Shown: positions 1 to 6,326 of the stretch, one piece after another | Layout of the letters: each line of letters starts with the position of its first letter | Position numbering within the stretch: position 1 is the first letter of the stretch | Source of the DNA: Candidatus Iainarchaeum sp. | GTDB lineage: Archaea > Iainarchaeota > Iainarchaeia > Iainarchaeales > GCA-2688035 | DNA length: 13,576 nucleotides | Direction: 5' to 3' | Assembly (NCBI GenBank): GCA_028713935.1 | Contig: JAQTNI010000037.1 | Span: 1-13,576, forward strand | Translations under genes and position numbers: made by a program | Notes under the pieces: generated by a model | The model's input: only the letters and a program-made list of their open reading frames with translations | Databases searched by the model: none | Told to the model about the DNA's origin: nothing

Positions 1-50
1 CAAAGCGCATCAGGTATGCGCCAACCATCCTCTTTTGTTATAAGTCCCAT
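1..50 (-). CDS. Possible 5' end of a leftward CDS running off the window (MGLITKEDGWRIPDAL...)
   Basis: ATG at 50-48 on the minus strand, with AGGAG (61-57) 6 nt upstream. The frame stays open for 16 codons to the window edge. Too short to assign a product. Confidence 0.2.
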   Translation of the reverse strand, partial: MGLITKEDGWRIPDAL

Positions 51-200
51 GTGAGTCTCCTACCCACTCACTCCCAACAAAAGAGAAACAAACTTCTATA
101 TTAGTCTAACGGGACGGGCTCTAAGTGCGTTGGAGGCATTAAACCCTTTAGCCTTTCGCAAAAGGCAAAGGTTTAAGCCGAACAACGCACAAGTCGTAAG
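1..200. ncRNA. Candidate structured RNA element of unknown class. It may be a free-standing ncRNA cut by the window edge, or a long structured leader of a leftward gene.
   Basis: No ORF of 60 aa or more. All-Watson-Crick helices found by hand: 5-10/16-21; 30-39/76-85 (10 bp); 51-56/66-71. A composite hairpin at 125-190 has about 27 bp: 125-132/183-190, 135-137/177-179, 139-145/170-176, 147-149/167-169 and 151-156/161-166. Its loop reads CGCA on plus and UGCG on minus. My hand count for 101-200 is about 48% G+C, which looks richer than other intergenic DNA here. Confidence 0.4.
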
Positions 201-239
201 AAAAAATTTATTCAATGGAGGTGGCGAGAATTGATAGGA

Positions 240-247
240 TTAAATAT
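240..247 (+). promoter_or_regulatory. TATA-like box (TTAAATAT) upstream of the radical SAM gene
   Basis: Centre is about 27 nt upstream of ATG 271, the same geometry as other first genes in the window. Ambiguous, because a GAGGGG SD-like run (254-259) lies between the box and the ATG. Confidence 0.3.
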
Positions 248-270
248 CTTTTCGAGGGGTAATTTGAGTT

Positions 271-1338
271 ATGGTTGATTATTCAAAAATCGAGTTTGGT
301 TATCACGGAGGCACTTTTTCTGAAAAGGAATTGGAAATGGCTCAGCGTGAAAAAACTCCGCTTACTTTGGACATGGCAATTCCTTGTAGTTGTTTGAACA
401 AATGCTATTATTGTGGCTACAAAGATACTCAAGAAGGCGACAAGCTTTCAAAAGAAGAAATTTTTTCAGTGATTGAACAGTTTAAGGAAATTGGCGGAAA
501 ATCAATAAAGATTCTTGGCGAGGGCGAACCATTATTAAGAAAAGATATTTTTGAAATTTTTGAACACATTCACAAAATCGGCTTGATTCCTGTGCTTTTT
601 ACTTGTGGTGATGTTCTGGGAAATAACAACTTAACCAAAGAGATTCATGGGATTACTGCAAAAGAAGTCATTCAAAAATTAAAAAATTGCAATGCCACGA
701 TAATGTTGAAATATGAGAAAAAGAATGAGGACAGTATAGTTGGCAAGAAAGGTTTTTCGAAAAAAAGAAACATTGCTCTGGAAAGGCTTTTGTCTTCTGG
801 CTTCAATAAATTCAGCCCAACACATCTTGGTTTTGGGATAGTTGTTCTAAAAGAGAATCATTCAGAAATAGCAAAAGTTTATGAAATGGCTTTGAAGCAG
901 AATATTTATCCGTTGCTTTGCCCATTAATGCCAATTGGCAAGGCACAGGATTCTGAGTGGAGAAAGGAAATTGGCATTAGTGCGAAACAAATGGTTGAAA
1001 TGGCAAAACAATTGTATTCAATAGCCAAAAAGCGGGGAGTAAAACCAAAGTGTGCTGCTGATTTTCCAGGCGGTTTGCCATGCGATGTTGCAAGGGCTGG
1101 TTTTTACATTGCAGACACTGGCAAGATTTATTTGTGCGAAGATGAGGAATATGTTGGCACTGTTAGGGAAATGAATTTGAAAGAAGCTTGGAAAAAAATT
1201 TTTGAATGGAAAAACCAAAAATATGGCAAAGAAAGGTGGAGCGGCAAATGTTGCCAAAAAAGGAAAATACAAGTAATTCCAGAGACATACGATGCAGAAG
1301 TTGCCAAGGGAATTTTCAATAAAACAAAAAGAGACTGA
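271..1338 (+). CDS. Radical SAM enzyme (MoaA/NifB/PqqE-like core) with a Cys-rich C-terminal region resembling a twitch/SPASM auxiliary-cluster domain
   Basis: CxxxCxxC motif (CLNKCYYC) near the N-terminus, followed by GEGEPLL (the GGEPLL-type SAM-binding motif). C-terminal cysteines: C-x9-C (CAADFPGGLPC), GKIYLC and GKCC. The frame cannot extend upstream because of an in-frame TGA at 265-267. Confidence 0.85.
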   Translation: MVDYSKIEFGYHGGTFSEKELEMAQREKTPLTLDMAIPCSCLNKCYYCGYKDTQEGDKLSKEEIFSVIEQFKEIGGKSIKILGEGEPLLRKDIFEIFEHIHKIGLIPVLFTCGDVLGNNNLTKEIHGITAKEVIQKLKNCNATIMLKYEKKNEDSIVGKKGFSKKRNIALERLLSSGFNKFSPTHLGFGIVVLKENHSEIAKVYEMALKQNIYPLLCPLMPIGKAQDSEWRKEIGISAKQMVEMAKQLYSIAKKRGVKPKCAADFPGGLPCDVARAGFYIADTGKIYLCEDEEYVGTVREMNLKEAWKKIFEWKNQKYGKERWSGKCCQKRKIQVIPETYDAEVAKGIFNKTKRD

Positions 1339-1422
1339 TGAAGATTTATGTTGTGTACTGGGGCATACGCTGTTTATTTAAAATTTTTCTATCAAGAATT
1401 TCAATAGGTGTTTTTCATAAAA

Positions 1423-1695
1423 ATGAAATTTTGCCCAAATTGCGCAGGCATGGAAATTTTCAGGAACAATTCTGGGATTGACCAGTGCAGGCGATGCAAT
1501 TTTATCGGAGAAATGCGGGAAGGCGGAATTGACGAGATAAATGCTGTCAGGAAAAGGATAATGATAACAAAAAACCAGCCTGCAGCGGAAACCAAGCCAA
1601 GCGAGAAAACAAATCCCCTGATAACAAACAGGGAGCTGAACCAGCGGCTTGAGAAGCTGAAGGAAAAAAAATCTGATGATTTTGAAAGCGTATGA
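1423..1695 (+). CDS. Small zinc-ribbon protein with a charged, low-complexity C-terminal tail
   Basis: CPNC-x15-CRRC four-Cys zinc-ribbon motif directly after the ATG (MKFCPNC...). AGGTG lies at 1406-1410 and a TATA-like TTTATTTAAAA at 1372-1383. GTG 1408 is an alternative start. Preferred over the two antisense ORFs (1378..1734, 1401..1724), which have no motif. Confidence 0.6.
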   Translation: MKFCPNCAGMEIFRNNSGIDQCRRCNFIGEMREGGIDEINAVRKRIMITKNQPAAETKPSEKTNPLITNRELNQRLEKLKEKKSDDFESV

Positions 1696-1702
1696 TGCGT
1701 TT

Positions 1703-2245
1703 TCACTTGCCGACATTGTCCCATATGTCGACAAAATTGTCCACTAGCTCGTCAAAAAAGCTTTTTTTGTATTCGCGCAAAATTCCCGCTGCCTGCGCGG
1801 GGTTGATTACTTTATAAAAAATTTTTCTTCCCTTGCGCTTTTTTTCAATTAGGCCCGCTTCAACAAGCTTGTCCAGATGCCAGGAAATAGTGGAAGGGCT
1901 TAAGCCAAGCGCATCTGCTATGCGGGTATTGTTGGCTCTTCTTTTTGTAAGCAGAAAAATCATTATTTTGCGCAGGCTTTCCTGCCTTAACAGGGACATT
2001 GTGGACTGGGCTTCGCCAAGCTGCGGCCCTGAAACAGAATAATAACGGGTAAATTTCCCCCTTTTTTCAATTCGTATAATGTTCTTTTTTGCAAGGTAAT
2101 CAAGATGATACTGCAGGCTGCCGACTGCAAGGCCTGTTCTTCTCTGCACTTCCCTGAAATGAAGGCCTGGGTTTTGCTCAATAAGATTGTAAATCCTCTG
2201 CCTCGTGTCCAAAAAAAGCGCTTCCGGCCTGTCAGAATTTTCCAT
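1703..2245 (-). CDS. Transcriptional regulator with two tandem winged helix-turn-helix (ArsR-like) domains
   Basis: Two wHTH units: LHFREVQRRTGLAVGSLQYHLDYLAKKNII and TRIADALGLSPSTISWHLDKLVEAGLI, each followed by a basic wing (KRGK..., KRKGRK...). AGGTG SD lies 6 nt upstream of the ATG and overlaps the stop of the upstream membrane-protein gene. Confidence 0.85.
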   Translation of the reverse strand: MENSDRPEALFLDTRQRIYNLIEQNPGLHFREVQRRTGLAVGSLQYHLDYLAKKNIIRIEKRGKFTRYYSVSGPQLGEAQSTMSLLRQESLRKIMIFLLTKRRANNTRIADALGLSPSTISWHLDKLVEAGLIEKKRKGRKIFYKVINPAQAAGILREYKKSFFDELVDNFVDIWDNVGK

Positions 2246-2253
2246 TAAAGCAC

Positions 2254-2559
2254 CTATTTTTTGAAAACCGCCAAGAGAATAAAAAGCATTATCAGGATTT
2301 CAGCGACACTTTGCGCGGGAATTCCAAAAAATAATCCCGGGCTTACAAAAATATCAACTGCCTGAATAACCCATTTAACCATGAACAAAAGAAATGCAAC
2401 CGCAATAAAAAGCAATTTTCTTGATTTTGTCTTAAAATAAGCCTTAATTGCTATTGCAAAAATAATTATTGAAATAACCAGCCCAATCAAAACAATCGGC
2501 CCCAAAAACTTATCAACAACTTCGGACAGGGGCCTTAAAAAATTCCAAAAATTTTCCAT
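2254..2559 (-). CDS. Small integral membrane protein (about 3 TM helices), co-transcribed with the tandem-wHTH regulator
   Basis: Three hydrophobic stretches: FLGPIVLIGLVISIIIFAIAI, LLFIAVAFLLFMVKWVIQAV and AEILIMLFILLAVF. GGAGG lies 8 nt upstream of ATG 2559, so the TTG at 2574 in the ORF track is probably inside the SD region. There is an 8-nt gap to the regulator gene. Confidence 0.65.
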   Translation of the reverse strand: MENFWNFLRPLSEVVDKFLGPIVLIGLVISIIIFAIAIKAYFKTKSRKLLFIAVAFLLFMVKWVIQAVDIFVSPGLFFGIPAQSVAEILIMLFILLAVFKK

Positions 2560-2646
2560 GCAAAAAACCTCCAAAACAGGGTTTAAACTTTGTTAATAAT
2601 AATGGTTAAAGGCAATAAAAAACTTGCCTTTGAATTAAACCGCTTT

Positions 2647-2707
2647 AAAAAATGAGAAAAAAAAGGCAAAAAAAATTGAGGTGAAACAAAGGGAATTTTT
2701 GCCTTTT
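2647..2707 (-). terminator. 12-bp hairpin followed by a T-tract on the minus strand. Either a second terminator or the body of a short sRNA.
   Basis: AAAAGGCAAAAA (2661-2672) pairs perfectly with TTTTTGCCTTTT (2696-2707) around a 23-nt loop. On the minus strand the stem is followed by TTTTCTCATTTTTT (2660-2647). Confidence 0.3.
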
Positions 2708-2805
2708 CAAAAACATTACATATATACTTCTGCCTCCGCTTTATAAAGGGGTTTTGGTACAAAGAAAAAATAGTACAAAAGTCGGAACTGCCCTTCTTTT
2801 TCTTT

Positions 2806-2878
2806 TCAAAATAAAAAGAAGTGTAAGCACAATGTGCCATCAAAAACAATTATTTTTGTTTCATTGGCAAACATTGTG
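2806..2878 (-). terminator. Intrinsic-terminator-like hairpin plus T-tract ending the gatC...orphan operon
   Basis: About 19-bp imperfect hairpin (2828-2835/2871-2878, 2836-2839/2865-2868, 2844-2849/2856-2861) beginning 9 nt after the stop at 2887. On the minus strand it is followed by CTTACACTTCTTTTTATTTTG. Confidence 0.45.
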
Positions 2879-2886
2879 TGTCCCTG

Positions 2887-3378
2887 CTATGCCCTCAGCT
2901 GGTTTTTATATTTTATGATCATTTCTGCCTGTTTTTGGGCCTGCATCAGCTTGGCTATTTCTTCTTTGAAGTGAGGCTTTCTACTCATAAGTCTACAATA
3001 TTCCGCTTCACTAACACCTATTCCTCTAAAACCTTTTTTTCTTATATTTTTTATAATCAATGCCTCCACTTGTTCAATATTTTGCACAATGCGTTCACAT
3101 ATTTCCTGCTCTGCCAATAATCTGGCTTTGATTGCCCGAAGGCTTGACACGGACATAGCCCGCATTGGCTCCAAAGAATTTTTTTCGTTTAAAGACCCTA
3201 ATTGTTCCGTTATTTTCCCCCACTCTGCAAGAGAACTGCCTGCAAACGCTCTTCTTCGAACCAAATAGTCAATAATGAGCCATTTTCTATAAAACTTAGC
3301 AACCAAAGGAGAACGTCTGCCCTTTTTTATCCACACATATGCCTTCAGCATGAATTTTGGCAGATTGATTTTCCCCAT
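2887..3378 (-). CDS. Hypothetical K/R-rich, probably helical protein (163 aa), last gene of the gat operon
   Basis: Long ORF starting 19 nt downstream of the gatB stop on the same strand, followed by the terminator-like hairpin. I recognise no motif. Confidence 0.55.
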   Translation of the reverse strand: MGKINLPKFMLKAYVWIKKGRRSPLVAKFYRKWLIIDYLVRRRAFAGSSLAEWGKITEQLGSLNEKNSLEPMRAMSVSSLRAIKARLLAEQEICERIVQNIEQVEALIIKNIRKKGFRGIGVSEAEYCRLMSRKPHFKEEIAKLMQAQKQAEMIIKYKNQLRA

Positions 3379-3397
3379 TTTTTCACTTTTTTATTTG

Positions 3398-4807
3398 TTA
3401 TTTTGTTTTTTCCTCAATCAGCTTTTTTATTTCCCTTGGCTCTGCCTTGCCTTTTGATTCGCGCATTGCCAGGCCAACCAAAAAATTGAGGGATTTTTCA
3501 TTGCCTGCCTTTAAATCAGCAACTGCCTTTGAATTTGAAGAAAGGATTTTTGAAACAATTTTTTCAATTTCGCTGCCTGCTGCATCCTTGAACAGATTGT
3601 TTTCCTTTACAAAATCAACAGGGTTTTTTCCGCCTGCAACATGCGCAATTGCGGCTTCTTTCAGGGTTTTCTCGTTTATCCTGGCTTTTTCAAAAAACAC
3701 AAGCAATTCCTTCAGCTGAACAGCATTGATTCTGCCTGAAATTTCTTCAAGCTCTTTGCCTTCATGATGCGCAATTGCAACCAAATCGCGGGAAACAAAA
3801 ACAGATGCAATTTTTGGGGAAACTGCTTTTGCAAATTCCTCAAAAAGATTTCCCGCAAACCTGCTTCCGGAAATAACTTTTGCATCATATTCGGCAATGC
3901 CAAATTCCTTTACAAGCCTTTTTGCCTTTTCGGAATGCAGTTCAGGCAATCCTCTTCTGGTTTTTTCAATCTCTGGTTTTGAAAGCTCAAAAGCCACCAA
4001 ATCAGGCTCAAAAATATACCCATAATCCTCTTCTGTTTCTTTTTTTCTCATTGTTTTTGTTGAAAGACTTTTTTCATCAAAGCCACGCGTTTCCCTTGCA
4101 ATCTGGTTTCCCTGCTTTACAAGCTCTGACTGGCGCTTTGCCTCTGATTCAAGGGCTTTTTCAACATTTCTTTTTCCAGTCACATTTTTGATTTCAACGC
4201 GCTCATTTCCAACAATTGAAAGATTGCAGTCCGCCTTTAATGTTCCATTTTCAAAATCAAAAACATCAAGGTAAGAAAGAACCATTGTCAATTCATCCAA
4301 AAATTCCCTTGCTTCCTGAGGAGAAGACAGGTCAGGTTCGGTTACAATTTCAATTAATGGAATTCCCGACCTGTTGTAATCGACAAGGCAATGGCTGCTT
4401 GAAAGCAGGCCTGCTTCATGCACAAGCGCTGCAGGGTCTTCTTCAAGGTGTATTCTTCTTATCCGGATTTTTTTTCCTGAAGAAAGTTCCACAAAACCAT
4501 TTGAGCCGACTGGAATTTCATATTGGGTAATCTGGAAATTTTTGCTCATGTCAGGATAAAAATAGGTTTTCCTGCTGAAAAAAAATTTTTCATTAATTTT
4601 ACAGTTAAAGGCAAGCGCGACTTTCAGGGCAAAATCAAGCGCCTTTTTGTTAAGGACAGGCTTGCTGCCAGGCATTCCAAGGCAGATTTCACAGCAGGCT
4701 GAATTCGGCTCTTCTGTTTCCTGCCTTGTGGGGCAGGGGCAGAAAAGCTTTGAATTTGTTTTCAATTGCACATGGCATTCCAGGCCAATCATTATCTGTG
4801 AAGTCAA
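3398..4807 (-). CDS. gatB: Asp-tRNA(Asn)/Glu-tRNA(Gln) amidotransferase subunit B
   Basis: N-terminal IGLECHVQL...KLFCPC, HLEEDPA and a C-terminal YqeY-like tail are typical of GatB, as is the length (469 aa). A TTG start at 4807 overlaps the upstream TGA (TTGA), with AAGGTGGA just upstream. ATG 4792 is an alternative start. Confidence 0.93.
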   Translation of the reverse strand: MTSQIMIGLECHVQLKTNSKLFCPCPTRQETEEPNSACCEICLGMPGSKPVLNKKALDFALKVALAFNCKINEKFFFSRKTYFYPDMSKNFQITQYEIPVGSNGFVELSSGKKIRIRRIHLEEDPAALVHEAGLLSSSHCLVDYNRSGIPLIEIVTEPDLSSPQEAREFLDELTMVLSYLDVFDFENGTLKADCNLSIVGNERVEIKNVTGKRNVEKALESEAKRQSELVKQGNQIARETRGFDEKSLSTKTMRKKETEEDYGYIFEPDLVAFELSKPEIEKTRRGLPELHSEKAKRLVKEFGIAEYDAKVISGSRFAGNLFEEFAKAVSPKIASVFVSRDLVAIAHHEGKELEEISGRINAVQLKELLVFFEKARINEKTLKEAAIAHVAGGKNPVDFVKENNLFKDAAGSEIEKIVSKILSSNSKAVADLKAGNEKSLNFLVGLAMRESKGKAEPREIKKLIEEKTK

Positions 4808-5559
4808 GCTTCCACCTTCAGCAGGTCTTTTGCCTTTATTATTTTTCCAGAAAATTTTTCTGAAAGAATTTTTTGAAAATCAAGTTTTTCAGTGTCAGGA
4901 AACAAATGGGAAAGCATCAATGCCTTTGCATTTGCCTGTTTTGCAATTTTTGCGCAGTCTTCGGGCATCAAATGCACATCATTAAACCTGCCAAGCGTGG
5001 AGCATTCAAGAACCATCAAATCCGAGTCTTTTCCAAGCTCAACAAGCGCATCGCAATAACCCGAATCTCCAGAATACATTATTGTTTTGCCCTCGCTTTC
5101 AATCCTGAAGCCGATTGCAGCGCCATGAACATGCTTAACTGGCTTTGTCCTGACAGCAAAATCAAAAATTTGAAGCTTGTCATAGCTGACTTCTGTCACT
5201 TTTACTGGAAAAGGAAGCGGGACAAAAAAAGGGAATGTTTTCATTAAATTTGAAAAAAATTCCCCAAAGCCAGCAGGCCCGAACAGGTTTAACTGGTTTG
5301 GCGAACTGTGCTCAAAATCGGAAGAAACTTTCCTGTGCATGAGAAAAGCAACCAAGTCTGCAACATGGTCTGGGTGTGAAAAATGTGAAAAACAGATTGC
5401 GCTGATATCAGGGGGATTGCAGATTTTTTGAAGATTTTTGAAACAGCCAAAGCCAAGATCCAGAACAATTTTTCCCTGTGAAGATTCAACAAGATAGCCG
5501 CTTGTTGCCCTTTCAGGGCCTGAAATGGGAGAACCGCTGCCAAGCACAGTGAGCTTCAT
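4804..5559 (-). CDS. Metallo-beta-lactamase-fold hydrolase (RNase Z/ElaC/PhnP-like short form)
   Basis: MKLTVLGSGSP N-terminus, SHFSHPDH in place of HxHxDH, later KHVHG, YSGDSGY and LMLSHLFP. This is the normal order of MBL motifs. GGAGG lies 8 nt upstream, and an ATGA overlap joins it to the IMPase gene. Confidence 0.8.
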   Translation of the reverse strand: MKLTVLGSGSPISGPERATSGYLVESSQGKIVLDLGFGCFKNLQKICNPPDISAICFSHFSHPDHVADLVAFLMHRKVSSDFEHSSPNQLNLFGPAGFGEFFSNLMKTFPFFVPLPFPVKVTEVSYDKLQIFDFAVRTKPVKHVHGAAIGFRIESEGKTIMYSGDSGYCDALVELGKDSDLMVLECSTLGRFNDVHLMPEDCAKIAKQANAKALMLSHLFPDTEKLDFQKILSEKFSGKIIKAKDLLKVEA

Positions 5560-6326
5560 TTCAGTGCCTCCAAAATTTGCCCGTGAATCTTTCCATTGCT
5601 GGCAACAATTGCCCTGCCCTCATTAAACAAGTCAAAATTCCCGCTTTTATCATCAGTGACTTTTCCGCCTGCTTCCTCAACAAGCAAAATTCCGGCTGCA
5701 ACATCCCATGAAAAAAGCCCGTATTCAAGAAAAGCGTCAAGCCATCCAGCAGCAACAAAGGAAAGCTGCAATGCTGCAGAGCCAAAATGCTTGAAACTAG
5801 AGCCTTCTTGATACATTTTTTGAAAAAGTGCAAAATTTTTTTCCCTTGTGCCTTCCCTTTTATGGATGCCAATGTCAATTGTGCTGTTTTCCAGCTGCAA
5901 TGAGCCTGAAACCAAAATTTTTTTTTCGTTCAAAAAAGAGCCTTTGCCTTTCTCCGCATGAAACAAGTCTCCATTCACAGGATCAAAAACAACTCCCAGA
6001 ACAATCTTTTTATTTTTCATAAGCGCAATGGAAACTGCAAAATATTTTATGCCCCTTGCAAAATTATTTGTCCCGTCCAAAGGGTCGACAATCCACATGT
6101 CATCGGAAAAATTATGGGTTTCTTCTTCCTCTGAAAGAATAACTGCATCGGGAAATGCATTCAAAATAATCTTCTTTATTTTTTCCTGTGCCTTGAAATC
6201 AATGTCAGTGACATTGCCAAGCCTATCGTTTTTTTTTCTTACAAAGCCAATATTGCCATAACCCTTCATTATTATTTTGCCCGCTTCCTTGGCAGCTTTA
6301 ACCGCAACTGAAAGTTCCTTTGTCAT
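5556..6326 (-). CDS. Inositol monophosphatase family protein (IMPase/FBPase/bisphosphate-nucleotidase superfamily)
   Basis: ILSEEEE metal-binding Glu run, WIVDPLDGTNNF and SWDVAAG motifs; 256 aa. GGAGGA lies 7 nt upstream, and an ATGA overlap joins it to gatA. Confidence 0.9.
   Translation of the reverse strand: MTKELSVAVKAAKEAGKIIMKGYGNIGFVRKKNDRLGNVTDIDFKAQEKIKKIILNAFPDAVILSEEEETHNFSDDMWIVDPLDGTNNFARGIKYFAVSIALMKNKKIVLGVVFDPVNGDLFHAEKGKGSFLNEKKILVSGSLQLENSTIDIGIHKREGTREKNFALFQKMYQEGSSFKHFGSAALQLSFVAAGWLDAFLEYGLFSWDVAAGILLVEEAGGKVTDDKSGNFDLFNEGRAIVASNGKIHGQILEALK

Noticed and set aside
1-30. Possible 23S rRNA 3'-terminal hairpin (AAGCGCA...TGCG) or a TPP-riboswitch ACCUGAU word on the minus strand
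   Set aside because: The sequence downstream lacks the conserved GAGC...ACUAAU of 23S ends. No CUGAGA or pyrimidine-sensor helix of TPP riboswitches is visible.
186-190. GUGCG on the minus strand resembling a group II intron 5' end
   Set aside because: Here it is simply one arm of the long hairpin. I see no domain V-like AGC-bulge hairpin, no intron-encoded reverse transcriptase, and no exon-binding context.
111-200. 16S rRNA-like words: AAGTCGTAA (192-200, plus strand) and GCCCGTC (119-113, minus strand)
   Set aside because: They lie on opposite strands. They are not accompanied by the flanking conserved rRNA sequence (ACAAGGTAGCC, the GGATCACCTCC context). Short matches like these are expected by chance.
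215-278. Two 15-codon upstream mini-ORFs before the radical SAM gene: ATG 215..262, and TTG 231..278 preceded by a strong GGAGGTGG at 217-224
   Set aside because: They are mutually exclusive and very short, and I cannot judge conservation. The GGAGGTGG may instead matter on the other strand as an anti-SD-like word. Noted under the structured-element finding rather than called.
1378-1734. Two minus-strand ORFs (118 and 107 aa) overlapping the zinc-ribbon gene
   Set aside because: No motifs, and they would collide with the regulator gene end. The plus-strand frame has a clean CxxC-x15-CxxC zinc ribbon right after its start.
1908-1927. 17/20-nt similarity between 3-22 (AAGCGCATCAGGTATGCGCC) and 1908-1927 (AAGCGCATCTGCTATGCGGG)
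   Set aside because: The second copy lies within the wHTH coding sequence (IADALGL). Both are short GCGCAT/ATGCGC palindromes and there is no flanking similarity, so this is probably coincidence.
2583-2849. 88-aa minus-strand ORF in the long intergenic region
   Set aside because: F/K-rich, low-complexity translation of A/T runs. It spans hairpins and T-tracts better explained as terminator or sRNA elements, and has no SD or sensible promoter spacing.
3447-4985. Plus-strand ORFs of 63-112 aa nested in gatB and the MBL gene (3447..3719, 3764..3982, 3880..4191, 4216..4530, 4647..4985), plus the out-of-frame minus-strand ORF 3712..3903
   Set aside because: Entirely antisense to, or out of frame with, CDSs that have unmistakable family motifs. 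Translations are F/L/S/K-rich and low-complexity, with no motif and no SD or TATA context. These are typical shadow ORFs.
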